The position numbers were made by a program, and so were the translations under genes. DNA of 64,000 nucleotides from Raillietiella orientalis (lineage: Eukaryota). Positions 62,737-64,000 of the stretch are shown here, in pieces. The stretch covers positions 1,054,001-1,118,000 of the forward strand of contig JAYWIR010000013.1 in the NCBI GenBank assembly GCA_036172245.1. Direction: 5' to 3'. Position 1 is the first letter of the stretch. Each line of letters starts with the position of its first letter. The notes under the pieces are model-generated. The model ran no database searches. It was not told the DNA's origin and worked only from the letters and a program-made list of their open reading frames with translations.

Positions 62737-64000
62737 GAGGAACGAAATATCTAATCATTCTAAAGTGCCATTCTAGTATCAGCGTGTGATCATAAGATGA
62801 TAAAAATGTCATTCGTAGGAAACATTGTAAAAACAGAAATAAGCTGCACTTACTTCTAACTAAAGAGATACTTTTCCTCCTCCTTTTCAGATCGGTAGTT
62901 AAGCACTTACAATCGCAGAAAATTCTCCAATGATGATGAAAACGTTGTGGTTTTTTTAAAGGCTGATTCGAGCTCGCACGAAAGCGTTGGCATCCTTGAG
63001 AGGCATTAATCTCTTTTCGCTGAGCGTAAAGTACGACACACGTAAACAAAAATGTTAGTGTTCGGTTGAAGATGACGGTGTACGTGTGTAGTGTGACGTG
63101 AGGTTTGAAGTGACACATATCGATAGAAGTGCAACCCCGTAAAAATGTGATCAAGTACGTGCAATACCTTCAGCAGATACATGTATTTTTCAGGTAAAAT
63201 GTGTTGGGATCTCTGCACGCATCTCTAAAAGATTTAGACATACACGTTTACTAGTTCACGACAGTACGAAACGAAAGGGGGGTGACGTTCAGTCCTGAAC
63301 ACTCAGAGCATTTATTTAAATGTTATGGACTGGCTGCTGCCGCGATAAAGGTGTAATGTAAATTGTATTATTTGTCAGAATCTTATGGTTTCGTGATGCA
63401 TTGCAACGATCCGTTAGTTCGTCTGACGATGTGTAGTTTTGAATAAATCATTCTCATTATGATACACGTGTATCAGTGTTATCTGTTTGAATAAGAAGAG
63501 GCGACTCCGTAGGGAAACACTTTGTACGTGAAAGTGCTCTGCTGCTTGGAGAATTACGTCTTGTTCATTAAGTGAGGGAAATTCACGAAATGAAGAACAA
63601 GAAAGTTACAAGCTTTCGTAAATTGTATTTACTAGTTGAATTCCCATACTTGTATTCTAAAATGCATGTGTATTGTTATTTTTCCAGCAAACTCATGGAG
63701 TTGGCTTAAACTATGTTAGTGAAATGTACCATCTTTCAGGCCAATATCTTCATTCAGCAGGGAAGGAATTATATTTTGTTCTGCCGTTTTATGGAAGCTC
63801 CCACAGTAACCATCAATTACTCTAGCAATGGAGAAGAACCCAACAGGTAACAGCATCGAAAAATTGAGTGACATGTTGAGAAAACCTTGGTTCCATGCTT
63901 GCTATTTAGGACAAGAATATCTTGTGGATGATTGAATTAATAAGAGTGTAAGGAACTAGCACAGCATTGTTGTGTGGGTTCACACAATGAAAATTCATCA

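Noticed and set aside
62165..63850. Open frames and splice-like sites near the right end (62165-62430, 63590-63850)
   Set aside because: No consistent exon chain or recognisable protein could be assembled by eye. A gene here cannot be excluded without RNA-seq.
1..64000. Prokaryotic systems (CRISPR arrays, operons, defence islands, retrons)
   Set aside because: Spliceosomal introns, eukaryotic LSU rDNA and LINE/LTR elements indicate eukaryotic DNA. No repeat-spacer array or dense prokaryotic coding was seen.

Overview
Eukaryotic (probably animal) genomic DNA. One intact host gene is recognisable: a five-exon mitochondrial trans-2-enoyl-CoA/ACP reductase (MECR/ETR1-like) at 41978-43482 (+), with three introns of only 42-53 nt. 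It lies in an AT-rich island (about 38.6-46 kb) flanked by decayed Gypsy and BEL/Pao pol remnants. Most of 1-38.5 kb and 46-56.5 kb is a GC- and CpG-rich graveyard of fragmented retroelements: L1/Tx1-like LINE pieces, Gypsy RT/integrase/LTR pieces, a ~0.6 kb dispersed duplication and a degenerate 28S rDNA fragment. The most notable structure is a dispersed family of seven copies. Each starts with a tRNA-like head (A-box-like motif plus GGTTCGAATCC B box; the head is heavily decayed in one copy) followed by an internally repetitive body of up to ~0.9 kb. In most copies this runs on the same strand into degenerate APE-endonuclease motifs, and in one copy on into RT motifs. This suggests the apparent SINE is really the 5' end of a single-ORF LINE with a tRNA-derived leader. 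Nearly all long ORFs in the GC-rich parts are compositional artefacts. TE boundaries are approximate, and the protein assignments come from motifs read by eye across frameshifts, not from database searches.
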